NCBI RefSeq assembly: GCF_030848945.1
Contig: NZ_JANHAX010000001.1
Location: forward strand, 1,221,103 to 1,285,102
Source: Marimonas arenosa
Lineage (GTDB): Bacteria > Pseudomonadota > Alphaproteobacteria > Rhodobacterales > Rhodobacteraceae
Length of the DNA stretch: 64,000 nucleotides
Reading direction: 5' to 3'
Below, one piece after another: positions 27,244-37,300 of the stretch (its first letter is position 1; every line of letters begins with the position of its first letter). The position numbers and the translations under genes were made by a program. A model generated the notes under the pieces. It was given only the letters and a program-made list of their open reading frames with translations. It had not been told where the DNA came from and made no database searches.

Positions 27244-28530
27244 ATGAGTGAACCGCTTCGCCTTGGTATCGCAGGACTTGGCACCGTTGGCACCGGCGTG
27301 GTGAAAATCGTTCGCCAGAAGGCCAACCTGCTGGCCGCGCGCGCCGGGCGGCGGATCGAGATCACCGCCGTGTCGGCCCGCACCCGCGACAAGGACCGCG
27401 GCGTATCGCTGAAGGATTACGCCTGGGAAGACGACCCGGTGAAGCTGGCCACGCGCGACGACGTCGACGTGTTCGTTGAACTCATGGGCGGCAGCGACGG
27501 CCCAGCCAAGGCAGCGACCGAGGCGGCGATCGCCGCCGGCAAGGACGTGGTCACCGCCAACAAGGCGATGCTGGCACATCATGGCCAGGCGCTGGCAGAA
27601 GCCGCTGAGGCCGCGGGCCGCGTGATCCGCTTCGAAGCCGCCGTCGCCGGCGGCATCCCGGTGATCAAGGCGCTGACCGAGGGGCTGGCGGGCAACGAGA
27701 TCACCCGGGTGATGGGGGTGATGAACGGCACCTGCAACTACATCCTGACCCGAATGCAGTCGGCCGATCTGACCTATGAGCAGGCCTTCGCCGAGGCCGA
27801 CGGGCTGGGTTATCTCGAGGCCGATCCCGAACTCGATGTCGGCGGTATCGACGCCGGCCACAAGCTGTCGCTGCTCGCCGCCATCGCCTTCGGCGCGCAG
27901 GTGGATTTCGATGGCGTGGAGCTGGAGGGCATCGGCGCGGTGACCATCGACGACATTCATCAGGCCGCCGACATGGGCTATCGCATCAAGCTGCTGGGCG
28001 TGGCCCAAATGACCGGCCGCGGACTGGAGCAGCGGATGAGCCCCTGCCTGGTGCCCGACAACAGTCCGCTGGGCCAGCTCGAAGGCGGCACCAACATGGT
28101 GGTGATCGAGGGCGACGCGGTCGGCCAGATCGTGCTGCGCGGCGCCGGTGCCGGTGAAGGCCCGACCGCAAGTGCGGTGATGGGCGACGTGATCGACATC
28201 GCCCGTGGCTTAAGGCTGGCCACCTTCGGCACGCCGGCGGGCGAGCTGGCGGCGTTGAAACCGGCGAAAGGCGCGGTGCCCGCGCCCTATTACCTGCGGA
28301 TGACGCTCACCGACAAGCCCGGCGCACTGGCCAAGGTCGCGGCGGTGCTGGGCGAGGCCGGAATCTCGATCGACCGGATGCGGCAATACGGCCATGAGGA
28401 CACCTCGGCGCCGGTGCTGATCGTCACCCACCGCTGCCAGCGCAAGGCGCTGGACGAGGCGCTGGCGGCGATAAGCAGGCTTGACGTGCTGGAGGGCGCA
28501 CCGGTGGCGCTGCGGATCGAGCGAGTCTGA
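27244..28530 (+). CDS. hom: homoserine dehydrogenase
   Basis: LGIAGLGTVGTGVV Rossmann fold, catalytic domain, C-terminal ACT domain. 428 aa. Confidence 0.9.
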   Translation: MSEPLRLGIAGLGTVGTGVVKIVRQKANLLAARAGRRIEITAVSARTRDKDRGVSLKDYAWEDDPVKLATRDDVDVFVELMGGSDGPAKAATEAAIAAGKDVVTANKAMLAHHGQALAEAAEAAGRVIRFEAAVAGGIPVIKALTEGLAGNEITRVMGVMNGTCNYILTRMQSADLTYEQAFAEADGLGYLEADPELDVGGIDAGHKLSLLAAIAFGAQVDFDGVELEGIGAVTIDDIHQAADMGYRIKLLGVAQMTGRGLEQRMSPCLVPDNSPLGQLEGGTNMVVIEGDAVGQIVLRGAGAGEGPTASAVMGDVIDIARGLRLATFGTPAGELAALKPAKGAVPAPYYLRMTLTDKPGALAKVAAVLGEAGISIDRMRQYGHEDTSAPVLIVTHRCQRKALDEALAAISRLDVLEGAPVALRIERV

Positions 28531-28535
28531 GCACG

Positions 28536-29249
28536 GTGGACTGGAGCGCGCCGGTTGACCTTTATTGCGAGCGGATGGGACCGGGTTTCTGGGCCGAACC
28601 ATGGAACGCGGTGTCGAACGCGGCTTTCCTGCTGGCCGCACTGTGGGGCTGGATCGAGGCGCGGCGGACCGGCGCGGTAGGCGGTGTGACCCTGCTGCTG
28701 ATCGCACTGGCGGCGCTGATCGGCGTCGGCTCTTTCCTGTTTCACAGCTTTGCCACAGCCTGGTCGGGACTGGCCGACGTGCTGCCGATCTGGAGTTTCG
28801 TCGCGGTGGCGGTCATCGTCGGCATGGCGCGGGTTGGCGGCCTGGCGCCGGCGCGGATCGCGGTGATCGCGCTGGCGGTGGTCTTGGCGCTGGTGCTGCT
28901 GGTCGTGGCGGTGACTCTGCCGGGTGGCGACCAAGCGGCGCGCGCGCCGACCAAGCCGCCTGTGCTGAACGGGTCGCTGCAATATACCCCGGCGGTGGTC
29001 GCGCTGGTTGCCTTTTCTGCCATGGCGTGGCGCAGCGGCCATCCTTTGGCGGGCTGGATCGTCGCCGCCACGGTCACCTTCCTGCTGTCGCTGACGTTCC
29101 GCACCATCGATCTTGCGGTCTGCAACACGTTTTCGCGGGGCACGCATTTTCTCTGGCACCTGCTGAACGGGCTGATGATCGGGCTGGTGTTGCAGGTTCT
29201 GGTCCGGGCGGAACGACTTGAGCCGCGACAGCACGCAGGTCGGGTGTGA
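28536..29249 (+). CDS. ceramidase-family integral membrane hydrolase (putative)
   Basis: GTG start. Multi-TM. N-terminus YCERMGPGFWAEPWNAVSNAAFLLAALWGW resembles the alkaline ceramidase family. 237 aa. Confidence 0.5.
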   Translation: MDWSAPVDLYCERMGPGFWAEPWNAVSNAAFLLAALWGWIEARRTGAVGGVTLLLIALAALIGVGSFLFHSFATAWSGLADVLPIWSFVAVAVIVGMARVGGLAPARIAVIALAVVLALVLLVVAVTLPGGDQAARAPTKPPVLNGSLQYTPAVVALVAFSAMAWRSGHPLAGWIVAATVTFLLSLTFRTIDLAVCNTFSRGTHFLWHLLNGLMIGLVLQVLVRAERLEPRQHAGRV

Positions 29250-29327
29250 AAAAAGCTTCACTTGCCCGTTTCCGGCGCGGCCTGTAATCCGGGAAGACAC
29301 AGAAGGATTTCAGAGGCAGACCAGGCC

Positions 29328-30290
29328 ATGAGCATGACCGAATTCGACGACAGCCTTTTGTCGCTGGGCCTCGCAAGGGTAGCGGAAGAGGCGGCGCGCG
29401 CCTCGGCCGGTTGGATCGGGCGCGGCGACGAGAAATCAGCCGACCGGGCCGCCGTCAACGCGATGCGCGCGGCGCTCAACGACCTGCCGGTGCAGGGCAC
29501 GGTTGTGATCGGCGAAGGCGAACGCGACGAGGCACCGATGCTGTTCATCGGCGAGGAGGTGGGCAGCGGCGATGGCCCCGAGGTCGACATCGCGCTCGAC
29601 CCGCTGGAAGGCACGACGCTGACCGCCAAGGACATGCCCGGCGCGCTGACGGTAATTGCCATGGCGCCGCGCGGCGCGCTTCTGCATGCCCCGGATGTCT
29701 ATATGGAGAAGCTGGCCATCGGGCCGGGCTATGCCGAGGGCGTGGTCGGCCTCGAGATGTCGCCGGCCGAGCGGGTCAAGGCGCTGGCCCGCGCCAAGGG
29801 CGTGAAGATGGCCGAGATCACCGTCTGTCTGCTGGAGCGACCGCGGCACCAGGAGATGCTGGCCGAGCTGCGCGGCACCGGCTGCGCCATCCGGCTGATC
29901 AGCGACGGCGACATCGCCGGGGTGATCCATGGCGCCGAGGTCGAGACCACCGGCATCGACATGTATATGGGCTCGGGCGGCGCGCCCGAGGGTGTGTTGG
30001 CAGCGGCCGCGCTGAAATGCATGGGCGGGCAGTTCCTGGGCCGGCTGCTGTTTCGCAACGACGACGAACGCGTCCGGGCCCGGGCGGCGGGGATCACCGA
30101 TCTCGACCGGGTCTACAGCCGCGACGAACTGGTGCAGGGCGACGTTATCCTGGCCGCGACCGGGGTGACCGACGGGTCGCTGCTGGCTGGGGTGCGCTGC
30201 AACCGCAGCCATGTCGAGACCGAGACCCTTCTGCTGCGGTCGAAAACCGGCACCGTGCGCCGGATGCGTTGCCGGGCGCCGGTGGCGTGA
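29328..30290 (+). CDS. glpX: fructose-1,6-bisphosphatase class II
   Basis: MSMTEFDDSLLSLGLARVAEEAARASAGWIGRGDEKSADRAAVNAMR...GEGERDEAPMLFIGEEVG...DPLEGTT, typical of GlpX. Confidence 0.9.
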   Translation: MSMTEFDDSLLSLGLARVAEEAARASAGWIGRGDEKSADRAAVNAMRAALNDLPVQGTVVIGEGERDEAPMLFIGEEVGSGDGPEVDIALDPLEGTTLTAKDMPGALTVIAMAPRGALLHAPDVYMEKLAIGPGYAEGVVGLEMSPAERVKALARAKGVKMAEITVCLLERPRHQEMLAELRGTGCAIRLISDGDIAGVIHGAEVETTGIDMYMGSGGAPEGVLAAAALKCMGGQFLGRLLFRNDDERVRARAAGITDLDRVYSRDELVQGDVILAATGVTDGSLLAGVRCNRSHVETETLLLRSKTGTVRRMRCRAPVA

Positions 30291-30348
30291 GGTTGCCTGC
30301 GCAGGAGCGGCGACCGGCCCCCCGCACCCCCGGGATATTTGCGGCAAG

Positions 30349-32115
30349 ATGAAGGGGCATGAGCCAGTGAGTTTCCTCGGCGTCGAGCGGTCACTGACCG
30401 GGCGGCAATGGCTGGGACCCGGGGTGGAGACCGACCGGGCGGCCGAGCGGCTGGCGCAGCAGACCGGGCTGGCGCGGGCGGTGGCGCAGGTTCTGGCGCG
30501 GCGCGGGGTCGAGGCGGCTGCGGCCGAGGGGTTCCTGGCGCCCTCGATCCGCGAGTTGCTGCCCGATCCGCGGCACCTGAAGGACATGGAGACCGCGGCG
30601 GCGCGCTTCTGTGCGGCTGTCGACGGGCGCGAGCGCATCGCGATCTTCGCCGATTACGATGTCGACGGCGGCGCGTCAGCGGCGCTCCTGCTGGACTGGC
30701 TGGGGCAAACCGGGCGGCCAGCGACGCTCTACGTGCCGGATCGGATCGACGAGGGCTATGGCCCCAACGAACCGGCAATGCGGGCGCTGGCCGAGGCGCA
30801 TGACCTGATCGTCTGTGTCGATTGCGGCACGCTGAGCCACGAACCGATCGCCGCCGCTGACGGGGCGGATGTGATCGTGCTCGACCACCATCTGGGCGGC
30901 GAGACCCTGCCCGATTGTGTCGCCGTGGTGAACCCCAACCGCCAGGACGAAAGCGGCGATCTGGCGGATCTCTGCGCCGCCGGCGTGGTGTTCCTGATGC
31001 TGGTCGAGGTCAACCGGCAACGGCGCGACGCGGGGCACGGCGACGGCCCGCAACTGATGGCAATGCTCGATCTGGTGGCGTTGGCGACCGTGGCCGATGT
31101 GGCCCCGCTGGTCGGCGTCAACCGCGCCTTCGTGGTGCAGGGGCTGAAGGTGATGGCGCGACGTGAGCGACCCGGTCTTGTAGCGCTGGCAGATGTGGCG
31201 CGGATGGAGACGGCGCCGGCGCCTTATCACCTGGGCTTCCTGCTGGGGCCGCGGGTCAATGCCGGCGGGCGGATCGGCAAGGCCGATCTCGGCGCCCGGC
31301 TGCTGGCCTGCCACGATCCGCGCGAGGCCCAGGCGCTTGCCGAGCGGCTGGATCAGCTCAACACCGAGCGGCGCGAAATCGAGGAGGCGGTGCGCGCGGC
31401 GGCACTGGCCCAGGCCGAGGACCGCGGGCTAGACGCGCCCTTGGTCTGGGCCGCGGGCGAAGGCTGGCACCCGGGAGTGGTGGGCATCGTCGCCTCGCGG
31501 CTGAAGGAGGTGACGGGACGGCCGGCGGTGGTGATCGGGCTCGAAGGCGGCGAGGGCAAGGGCTCGGGCCGATCGGTTTCGGGAATCGACCTCGGAGCAG
31601 CGGTGCAGCGGCTGGCACGCGAGGGGCTGCTGCTGAAGGGCGGCGGGCACAAGATGGCCGCCGGTCTGACGGTGGCACGTGACCGGCTGGAGCCGGCAAT
31701 GACCCGATTGTCGGACCTGCTGGCCAAGCAGGGGGCGGGCGATCTCGGGCCACGGGCGCTGCGGCTAGACGGCGTGCTGATGCCCGGCGCGGCCAGCGTC
31801 GAGATGATCGAGGCCCTGGAGGCGGCCGGCCCCTATGGCGCCGGGGCCCCTGCCCCGCGTTTCGCCTTTCCCGACTGCCAGGTGCTGTTCACCCGGCGGG
31901 TCGGCGACGCCCACCTGAAAGTGTCGGTCGGCGACGGGCTGGGGGCCAGGCTCGAAGGAATCGCCTTCGGTGCCTATGACAACGGGCTGGGACAGGCGCT
32001 GGAGGCGCATGGCGGGCAACGCTTTCACGTCGCCGGGCGGTTAGAGCTCAACCACTGGCGGGGCCGGGTCACACCGCAGCTTCGGCTCGAGGACGCCGCA
32101 CCGGCCGGGTCTTGA
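30349..32115 (+). CDS. recJ: single-stranded-DNA-specific exonuclease
   Basis: DHH motifs (IAIFADYDVDGGASAA, VIVLDHH), DHHA1 domain (GGGHKMAAG), C-terminal OB fold. 588 aa. Confidence 0.9.
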   Translation: MKGHEPVSFLGVERSLTGRQWLGPGVETDRAAERLAQQTGLARAVAQVLARRGVEAAAAEGFLAPSIRELLPDPRHLKDMETAAARFCAAVDGRERIAIFADYDVDGGASAALLLDWLGQTGRPATLYVPDRIDEGYGPNEPAMRALAEAHDLIVCVDCGTLSHEPIAAADGADVIVLDHHLGGETLPDCVAVVNPNRQDESGDLADLCAAGVVFLMLVEVNRQRRDAGHGDGPQLMAMLDLVALATVADVAPLVGVNRAFVVQGLKVMARRERPGLVALADVARMETAPAPYHLGFLLGPRVNAGGRIGKADLGARLLACHDPREAQALAERLDQLNTERREIEEAVRAAALAQAEDRGLDAPLVWAAGEGWHPGVVGIVASRLKEVTGRPAVVIGLEGGEGKGSGRSVSGIDLGAAVQRLAREGLLLKGGGHKMAAGLTVARDRLEPAMTRLSDLLAKQGAGDLGPRALRLDGVLMPGAASVEMIEALEAAGPYGAGAPAPRFAFPDCQVLFTRRVGDAHLKVSVGDGLGARLEGIAFGAYDNGLGQALEAHGGQRFHVAGRLELNHWRGRVTPQLRLEDAAPAGS

Positions 32116-32204
32116 CGACGGGGAGAAAATTCTTGCCCGAAGGCGCAATTTCCGCTTGCGCGGGTCGGCCTGTTTTTCTAGAAGACGCCTCACGGCTGGG
32201 TCAT

Positions 32205-32279
32205 GCCCCGTTCGTCTATCGGTTAGGACGCCAGGTTTTCAACCTGGAAAGAGGGGTTCGATTCCCCTACGGGGTACCA
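32205..32279 (+). tRNA. tRNA-Glu (anticodon TTC), CCA encoded
   Basis: Cloverleaf by eye: acceptor GCCCCGT/ACGGGGT (G1-U72), D arm GTCT..GGAC, anticodon stem CCAGG / loop TTTTCAA, T arm AGGGG-TTCGATT-CCCCT, discriminator A plus CCA. Confidence 0.8.
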
Positions 32280-32653
32280 CCAATTCACCGACATTCACCG
32301 GACATCGGTCAGCGCTTAGCCGCCTGAGGTGGGTTTGTGTGGTGGCATTGACCTTGAAATGCATGGCAAGCACTGCCGTGTAACTCCTTGAAATCCCGTC
32401 ATCGACTTGCCCTGGCCGAAGTTGGCAGACGGCTGAGTTCGGCTATAAGCCGCAGGCTTCAAGCCTTTGATTTAGAAAATATTTCCGGCTTTGCGGACGG
32501 GTTTCGGGGACTCTCTGATGGCCGCGAAGGCCTTGGGGTGGGGGTTTGCCCGTTGCGATGTGGGTACGATCTGACGGGAAAATTCCTGCGTCACACGCCT
32601 GAACCGGGTTCGGGGCGCGGTCCCTGCCAGACGTCCAGACTTGGTCGGGAAAG

Positions 32654-33056
32654 TTATCCACAAACCACTTTCCGGATCGGGCACCGTTTTTGTGAGCAAC
32701 CCGGAAAGGATGTCTGAGTATGACAAAGGAAAAGCGCCGATCTGTGGATTACATGCCAAAAAAACTGCATTTCCACAATTGTTCCGATGCGGTCGCGGTG
32801 GTTTTCCCGACGTTTTCATCTGGATAACCTTGTGGATAATGCACCTGGAGCGCCAGATTCGGTCGCCCGTTTCCTTTGGCTGGCAGCCCCTCGGGGGCTG
32901 TCCGGTTTCGGCCGGCACGAGAACTCCGGGGGGATCTGGGCCAGGCAGGGCGATGGTGCCGTATCCCCAGTTTGAGAAACGGATTGATCGCCGAGGTTTG
33001 CGCGACAAACAATTGCTCTCACTTCAAGTTTCGACTTATCCCCAGGACTTTTCCAC
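32654..33056. promoter_or_regulatory. cluster of six DnaA-box-like 9-mers in a non-coding low-GC region
   Basis: TTATCCACA 32654-32662 (perfect). TGTGGATTA 32743-32751. GGTTATCCA 32821-32829 (TGGATAACC on the other strand). TGTGGATAA 32831-32839 (perfect). TTATCCCCA 33035-33043. TTTTCCACA 33048-33056. AT-rich tracts at 32468-32490 and 32755-32790. No convincing ORF between tRNA-Glu and 33187. Confidence 0.45.
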
Positions 33057-33186
33057 AGGCCTCGACAGCCTGCGGCGTGTAAGGACTTTGCCCGCGCGAA
33101 AACGAGGGATCGGCGCGATGGATATGGACAGTCCAGCCCCGGCGCGGCAGGGTCGGGCCGAAACTCCATTCGCAAAAGGACAGGCC

Positions 33187-33981
33187 ATGCATCCACTTCT
33201 GACCAAGGCCCAGATCGACGCTTTTCAGCGTGACGGCGTCGCCCTCGTGCGTGGGCTTTTTGCCGACCATGTCGAAACCCTGCGCGAGGGCGTGGACCGC
33301 AACATGGAAGCGCCCGGCCCTTATGCGTCGGAGAACGAGAAGGCTGGCGAGACGGGGCGGTTCTTCGATGACTACTGCAACTGGCAACGAATCCCCGAGT
33401 TCGAGCAGGTGATCCGCGACAGCGCCGCAGCCGAGGTGGCGGCCGACCTGATGGGATCGGAGACGGTGCAGCTGTTCCACGATCACGTGCTGGTCAAGGA
33501 GCCGGGCACCTCGCTGGCCACGCCCTGGCATACGGACGGACCCTATTATTTCGTCGAGGGCAAGCAGACGATCAGCTTCTGGTCGCCGCTTGACCCGGTG
33601 TCCGAGGCGACGCTCCGGATGGTGCCGGGCTCGCACAACTGGGAAAAGCCGGTTCTGCCGATGCGCTGGGTCAAGGAGGAGGCCTATTTCCCCAATATCG
33701 AGGATTACATGCCCGTCCCCGACCCCGAGGCGGACGGCATGGAGATCCTGGAATGGGACATGCAACCGGGTGACGCGGTCGCCTTCAACTATGACATCCT
33801 GCACGGGGCGCGCGGCAACACATCCGAAACACGGCGGCGGGCGTTCTCGCTGCGGCTGGTGGGTGACGATGCGCGCTATGTCGAGCGACCGGGGCGAACC
33901 TCGCCGCCCTTCCCCGATCACGGCATGGTGGCGGGGCAGCGGCTGCGCGAGGACTGGTTCCCGGTGATCTATCGGCGTTGA
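33187..33981 (+). CDS. phytanoyl-CoA dioxygenase (PhyH) family Fe(II)/2OG oxygenase (putative)
   Basis: 264 aa. WHTDGPYY and HGARGN blocks consistent with the PhyH family. The track ORF has a long spurious 5' extension across the DnaA-box region. Confidence 0.55.
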   Translation: MHPLLTKAQIDAFQRDGVALVRGLFADHVETLREGVDRNMEAPGPYASENEKAGETGRFFDDYCNWQRIPEFEQVIRDSAAAEVAADLMGSETVQLFHDHVLVKEPGTSLATPWHTDGPYYFVEGKQTISFWSPLDPVSEATLRMVPGSHNWEKPVLPMRWVKEEAYFPNIEDYMPVPDPEADGMEILEWDMQPGDAVAFNYDILHGARGNTSETRRRAFSLRLVGDDARYVERPGRTSPPFPDHGMVAGQRLREDWFPVIYRR

Positions 33982-34048
33982 GGCAACGGCCCGGCGGACA
34001 ACACTCTGCGAAGAGCCCTGGCAAGGATTTCCAGAAACTCTTGGGCGC

Positions 34049-34486
34049 TCAGATCTGCCGTTTCAAAAGCTGCACGGCGTAATAGCTGGACACGATCTCG
34101 TCCTTCTGGTTGAGGATCTCGTAGAAGATCGTGGTGCGGCCACGGTCGGCACGCGAACTCGAGGGTTCGGATGCCGTGACCGTCATCCGCACACGGATGC
34201 TGTCGCCGGGACGGACGGGCAACTTCCAGCGCACCTCGTCGAGACCGGGCGAGCCCATCGAGGCCTCGGTCCAGACGCCGGAGCCGAGGATCAGATCAAA
34301 GGCCACGATCAGGGTCTGGAAGCCGCTGGCGATGATGCCGCCGTAGATCGAGGCGGCGGCCGCTTCGGGGTCGGTGTGGAAGGGCTGCGGGTCGTATTTC
34401 CGTGCAAACTCGATGATCTCGTGTTCGGTGAACGTCGCACTTGCGGTTTCATGGCTGAACCCCACCGGCAGATCATCGAAATACAT
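34049..34486 (-). CDS. MaoC-like (hotdog fold) dehydratase
   Basis: MYFDDLPVGFSHETASATFTEHEIIEFARKYDPQPFHTD is the MaoC N-terminal signature. Strong SD AAGGGAGGG. Confidence 0.75.
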   Translation of the reverse strand: MYFDDLPVGFSHETASATFTEHEIIEFARKYDPQPFHTDPEAAAASIYGGIIASGFQTLIVAFDLILGSGVWTEASMGSPGLDEVRWKLPVRPGDSIRVRMTVTASEPSSSRADRGRTTIFYEILNQKDEIVSSYYAVQLLKRQI

Positions 34487-34614
34487 GCAGCCCTCCCTTG
34501 CCAAAGCCCGTGTCTGTGACCGACTATGCCCATGGTTTGAGGCCGGCACCAATTATCCGTTGCGTCACATTTCGGGGATTGGTAAAGAAATTTTACCACA
34601 TTGGGAGCCACTCC

Positions 34615-35778
34615 ATGCCCGTCATCACCGAAATCGAAGACCTCAAGCGCCTTTACAAGCGCCGGGTGCCAAAAATGTTCTATGACTACTGCGAAAGCGG
34701 CAGTTGGACCGAACAGACCTTCCGCGAGAACAGCTCGGACTTCGACAAGCTCTATTTCCGCCAGCGCGTGGCGGTCGACATGACCGGTCGCTCGACTGCG
34801 GGGCAGATGATCGGGGAGGACGTGACGATGCCAGTGGCGCTGGCGCCGGTGGGATCGACCGGCATGCAGCATGCCGACGGCGAGATCAAGGCGGCGCGCG
34901 CGGCCGAGAAGTTCGGTGTGCCGTTCACGCTTTCGACCATGTCGATCAACTCGATCGAGGACGTAGCCGAGGCGACGACCAAGCCGTTCTGGTTCCAACT
35001 CTACACCATGCGGGATACCGACTTCACCTCGCGCCTGATCGAACGGGCGAAGGCGGCGAACTGCTCGGCGCTGGTGATCACGCTCGACCTGCAGATCCTC
35101 GGCCAGCGCCACAAGGATCTCAAGAACGGGCTCAGCGCCCCGCCCAAGATCTCGCCGCGCCTGCTGTGGGACCTGGCGACAAAATGGCGTTGGGATCTCG
35201 GCATGGCCGGCGCCAAGCGGCGGCATTTCGGAAATATCGTCGGCCATGTCCAGGGGGTCAGCGATCTGGCCGATCTGGGCGCCTGGACGGCCGAGCAGTT
35301 CGACCCGACGCTCGACTGGGAAAAGGTGGCGAAGCTGAAAGAACAATGGGGCGGCAAGGTGATCCTGAAAGGCATCATCGACCCGGAAGATGCCAGGATG
35401 GCGCTGAAGGTCGGCGCCGATGCGATCGTGGTCAGCAATCACGGCGGGCGACAGCTGGACGGTGCCTTGTCGTCGATCCGCGCCCTGCCGGGCATCATGG
35501 ACGTGGTCGGCGATCAGGTCGAGGTGCATCTCGACAGCGGCATCCGGTCGGGCCAGGACGTGATTAAGGCGCTCGCGCTGGGGGCCAAGGGCACCTATAT
35601 CGGCCGCGCCTTCATCTATGGTCTGGGCGCGATGGGCGAGGACGGTGTGACCAAGGCGCTGGAGGTCATTCAGCGCGAGATGGACCTTTCGATGGCGTTC
35701 TGCGGCATCAAGACCACCGACCAGATCAACCGCGACATCATGCTGGTGCCGGAAGGCTTCGAGGGCCGCTGGCAATAA
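34615..35778 (+). CDS. FMN-dependent alpha-hydroxy acid dehydrogenase (L-lactate dehydrogenase/glycolate oxidase family)
   Basis: Conserved VSNHGGRQLD active-site block and TIM-barrel FMN-binding profile. 387 aa. Confidence 0.85.
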   Translation: MPVITEIEDLKRLYKRRVPKMFYDYCESGSWTEQTFRENSSDFDKLYFRQRVAVDMTGRSTAGQMIGEDVTMPVALAPVGSTGMQHADGEIKAARAAEKFGVPFTLSTMSINSIEDVAEATTKPFWFQLYTMRDTDFTSRLIERAKAANCSALVITLDLQILGQRHKDLKNGLSAPPKISPRLLWDLATKWRWDLGMAGAKRRHFGNIVGHVQGVSDLADLGAWTAEQFDPTLDWEKVAKLKEQWGGKVILKGIIDPEDARMALKVGADAIVVSNHGGRQLDGALSSIRALPGIMDVVGDQVEVHLDSGIRSGQDVIKALALGAKGTYIGRAFIYGLGAMGEDGVTKALEVIQREMDLSMAFCGIKTTDQINRDIMLVPEGFEGRWQ

Positions 35779-35781
35779 GCC

Positions 35782-36405
35782 ATGCTGGTCTTCTTCCGGG
35801 AAAATCTGGCCCTGCTGGCGGTGCCGAAAACCGGTACCACCGCGTATGAAATGGCGCTGAAACGGCGCGCGGACATCATCTTCGCGGGGCGGCGCAAACA
35901 TGCCAACGCCTCGTTCTTTCACCGCAAGCTGGGGCCGTTCCTGAAAAGCGCTTACGGGCTGACGCCGGAGCGCATGGCGGTGATCCGCCAACCCATCGAC
36001 CACATGCGCAGCTGGTACCGCTATCGGGCCCGCGACGAGATCCGGGGCAAGCCGGCGTCGACCGCGGCGATGACGTTTGACGACTTCATCGAAGCGGCCT
36101 TGCTGAAAGAGCCGCCGGAATGCGCCAAGGTGGGCAGCCAGGAAGGTTTCCTGATCATGCGCCGCGGCCAGGTGCCGGTGCATCACCTTTTCGCCTATGA
36201 CGCTCAGCCTCTGATCCGCGGCTTTCTCGAAGAGCGGTTCAAGCGCAAACTGGAGCTCAAGCAATACAACGTCTCGCCCAACATCGAGGCACCGCTCGAC
36301 CCGGAGGTCGAGGCCAGGTTCCGCGCCGCCCGGGAAAAGGAATTCGCCCTTTACGACCGGGTGAAAGCGGCCGGCGGACATCTGCGGCAGTTGCTCGAGG
36401 ATTGA
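35782..36405 (+). CDS. sulfotransferase family protein
   Basis: PAPS 5'-phosphosulfate binding loop LLAVPKTGTTAY (PKTGTT). Starts 4 nt after the lldD-like stop. Confidence 0.6.
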   Translation: MLVFFRENLALLAVPKTGTTAYEMALKRRADIIFAGRRKHANASFFHRKLGPFLKSAYGLTPERMAVIRQPIDHMRSWYRYRARDEIRGKPASTAAMTFDDFIEAALLKEPPECAKVGSQEGFLIMRRGQVPVHHLFAYDAQPLIRGFLEERFKRKLELKQYNVSPNIEAPLDPEVEARFRAAREKEFALYDRVKAAGGHLRQLLED

Positions 36406-36507
36406 GTCGCCAAAGCCCTTGCCAAGCCCTCCGATTCCGGCTATGCGCCACGCTTCACGCGGGCATACAGCCTTGGAGGATGCCCGCCTCATCTTAGGAG
36501 AAAAAAC

Positions 36508-37173
36508 ATGGCAGGTAAGATCCCGGATCTTCACGCCGAGGTACGGACGGGGACAGGCAAGGGCGCCGCTCGTCAAGCACGCCGCGATGGCATGGTACCC
36601 GGCATCGTTTACGGTGGCGAAGCCGACCCGCTTCCCATCAAAATCCCCTTCAACGTGCTGTTCAAGAAGCTGAAAGACGGACGGTTCGTGTCGACGCTGT
36701 GGAACCTGAAGGTCGACGGCGAGGACGACGTGCGCGTGATCTGCCGGAACGTGCAGCGCGACGTGGTCAAGGATCTGCCCACCCATATCGACCTGCTGCG
36801 GCTCAAGCGCACCTCGCGTCTCAACATCTTCATCCACGTTGATTTCCAGAATGAAGAAGAAGCCCCCGGCATCAAGAAGGGCGGCGTTCTGACCATTGTG
36901 CGCCCCGAGGTGGAGCTGAGCGTGATCGCCGGCGATATCCCCGAACAGGTTGTGGTCGACCTGACCGGCCTGGAAGTGGGCGATATCGTTCACCTGTCGG
37001 ACATCCCGCTGCCCGAAGGCGCGCGCCCGACCGTCGACCGCGACATCGTCATCGCCAACATCTCGGCCCCGTCGAGCCTGCGCGCGGAAGAAGAGGAAGA
37101 AGGCGAAGAGGTGGCCGCAGACGAAGTGGAAACCGTGGCCGAATCCGAGGCCGAGGCCGAAACCGAGGAATAA
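36508..37173 (+). CDS. rplY: 50S ribosomal protein L25 / general stress protein Ctc
   Basis: Ribosomal L25/Ctc family N-terminal domain. Acidic [10 protein letters not shown]-terminal tail, as in alphaproteobacterial Ctc. 221 aa. Confidence 0.85.
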   Translation: MAGKIPDLHAEVRTGTGKGAARQARRDGMVPGIVYGGEADPLPIKIPFNVLFKKLKDGRFVSTLWNLKVDGEDDVRVICRNVQRDVVKDLPTHIDLLRLKRTSRLNIFIHVDFQNEEEAPGIKKGGVLTIVRPEVELSVIAGDIPEQVVVDLTGLEVGDIVHLSDIPLPEGARPTVDRDIVIANISAPSSLRAEEEEEGEEVAADEVETVAESEAEAETEE

Positions 37174-37200
37174 CCCCCTCTGTATCGCTGCAAATCGAGG

Positions 37201-37230
37201 CGCGGCTCCGGGATCGGAGCCGCGTTTTTC
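37201..37230 (+). terminator. Rho-independent terminator after rplY
   Basis: Stem cgcggctcc / ggagccgcg followed by TTTTTC. Confidence 0.65.
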
Positions 37231-37300
37231 GTCGGTCCTCATTGATCTGCAGGCGCCGCCCGCGTAAATCAGGCGCAACATCGCTCGCAAAGGCGTACAC

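Noticed and set aside
32654-33056. Calling this the chromosomal oriC
   Set aside because: DnaA boxes alone are insufficient. No dnaA/hemE/parAB context is visible, and GC-skew cannot be computed from a 64-kb window. Reported only as a candidate.
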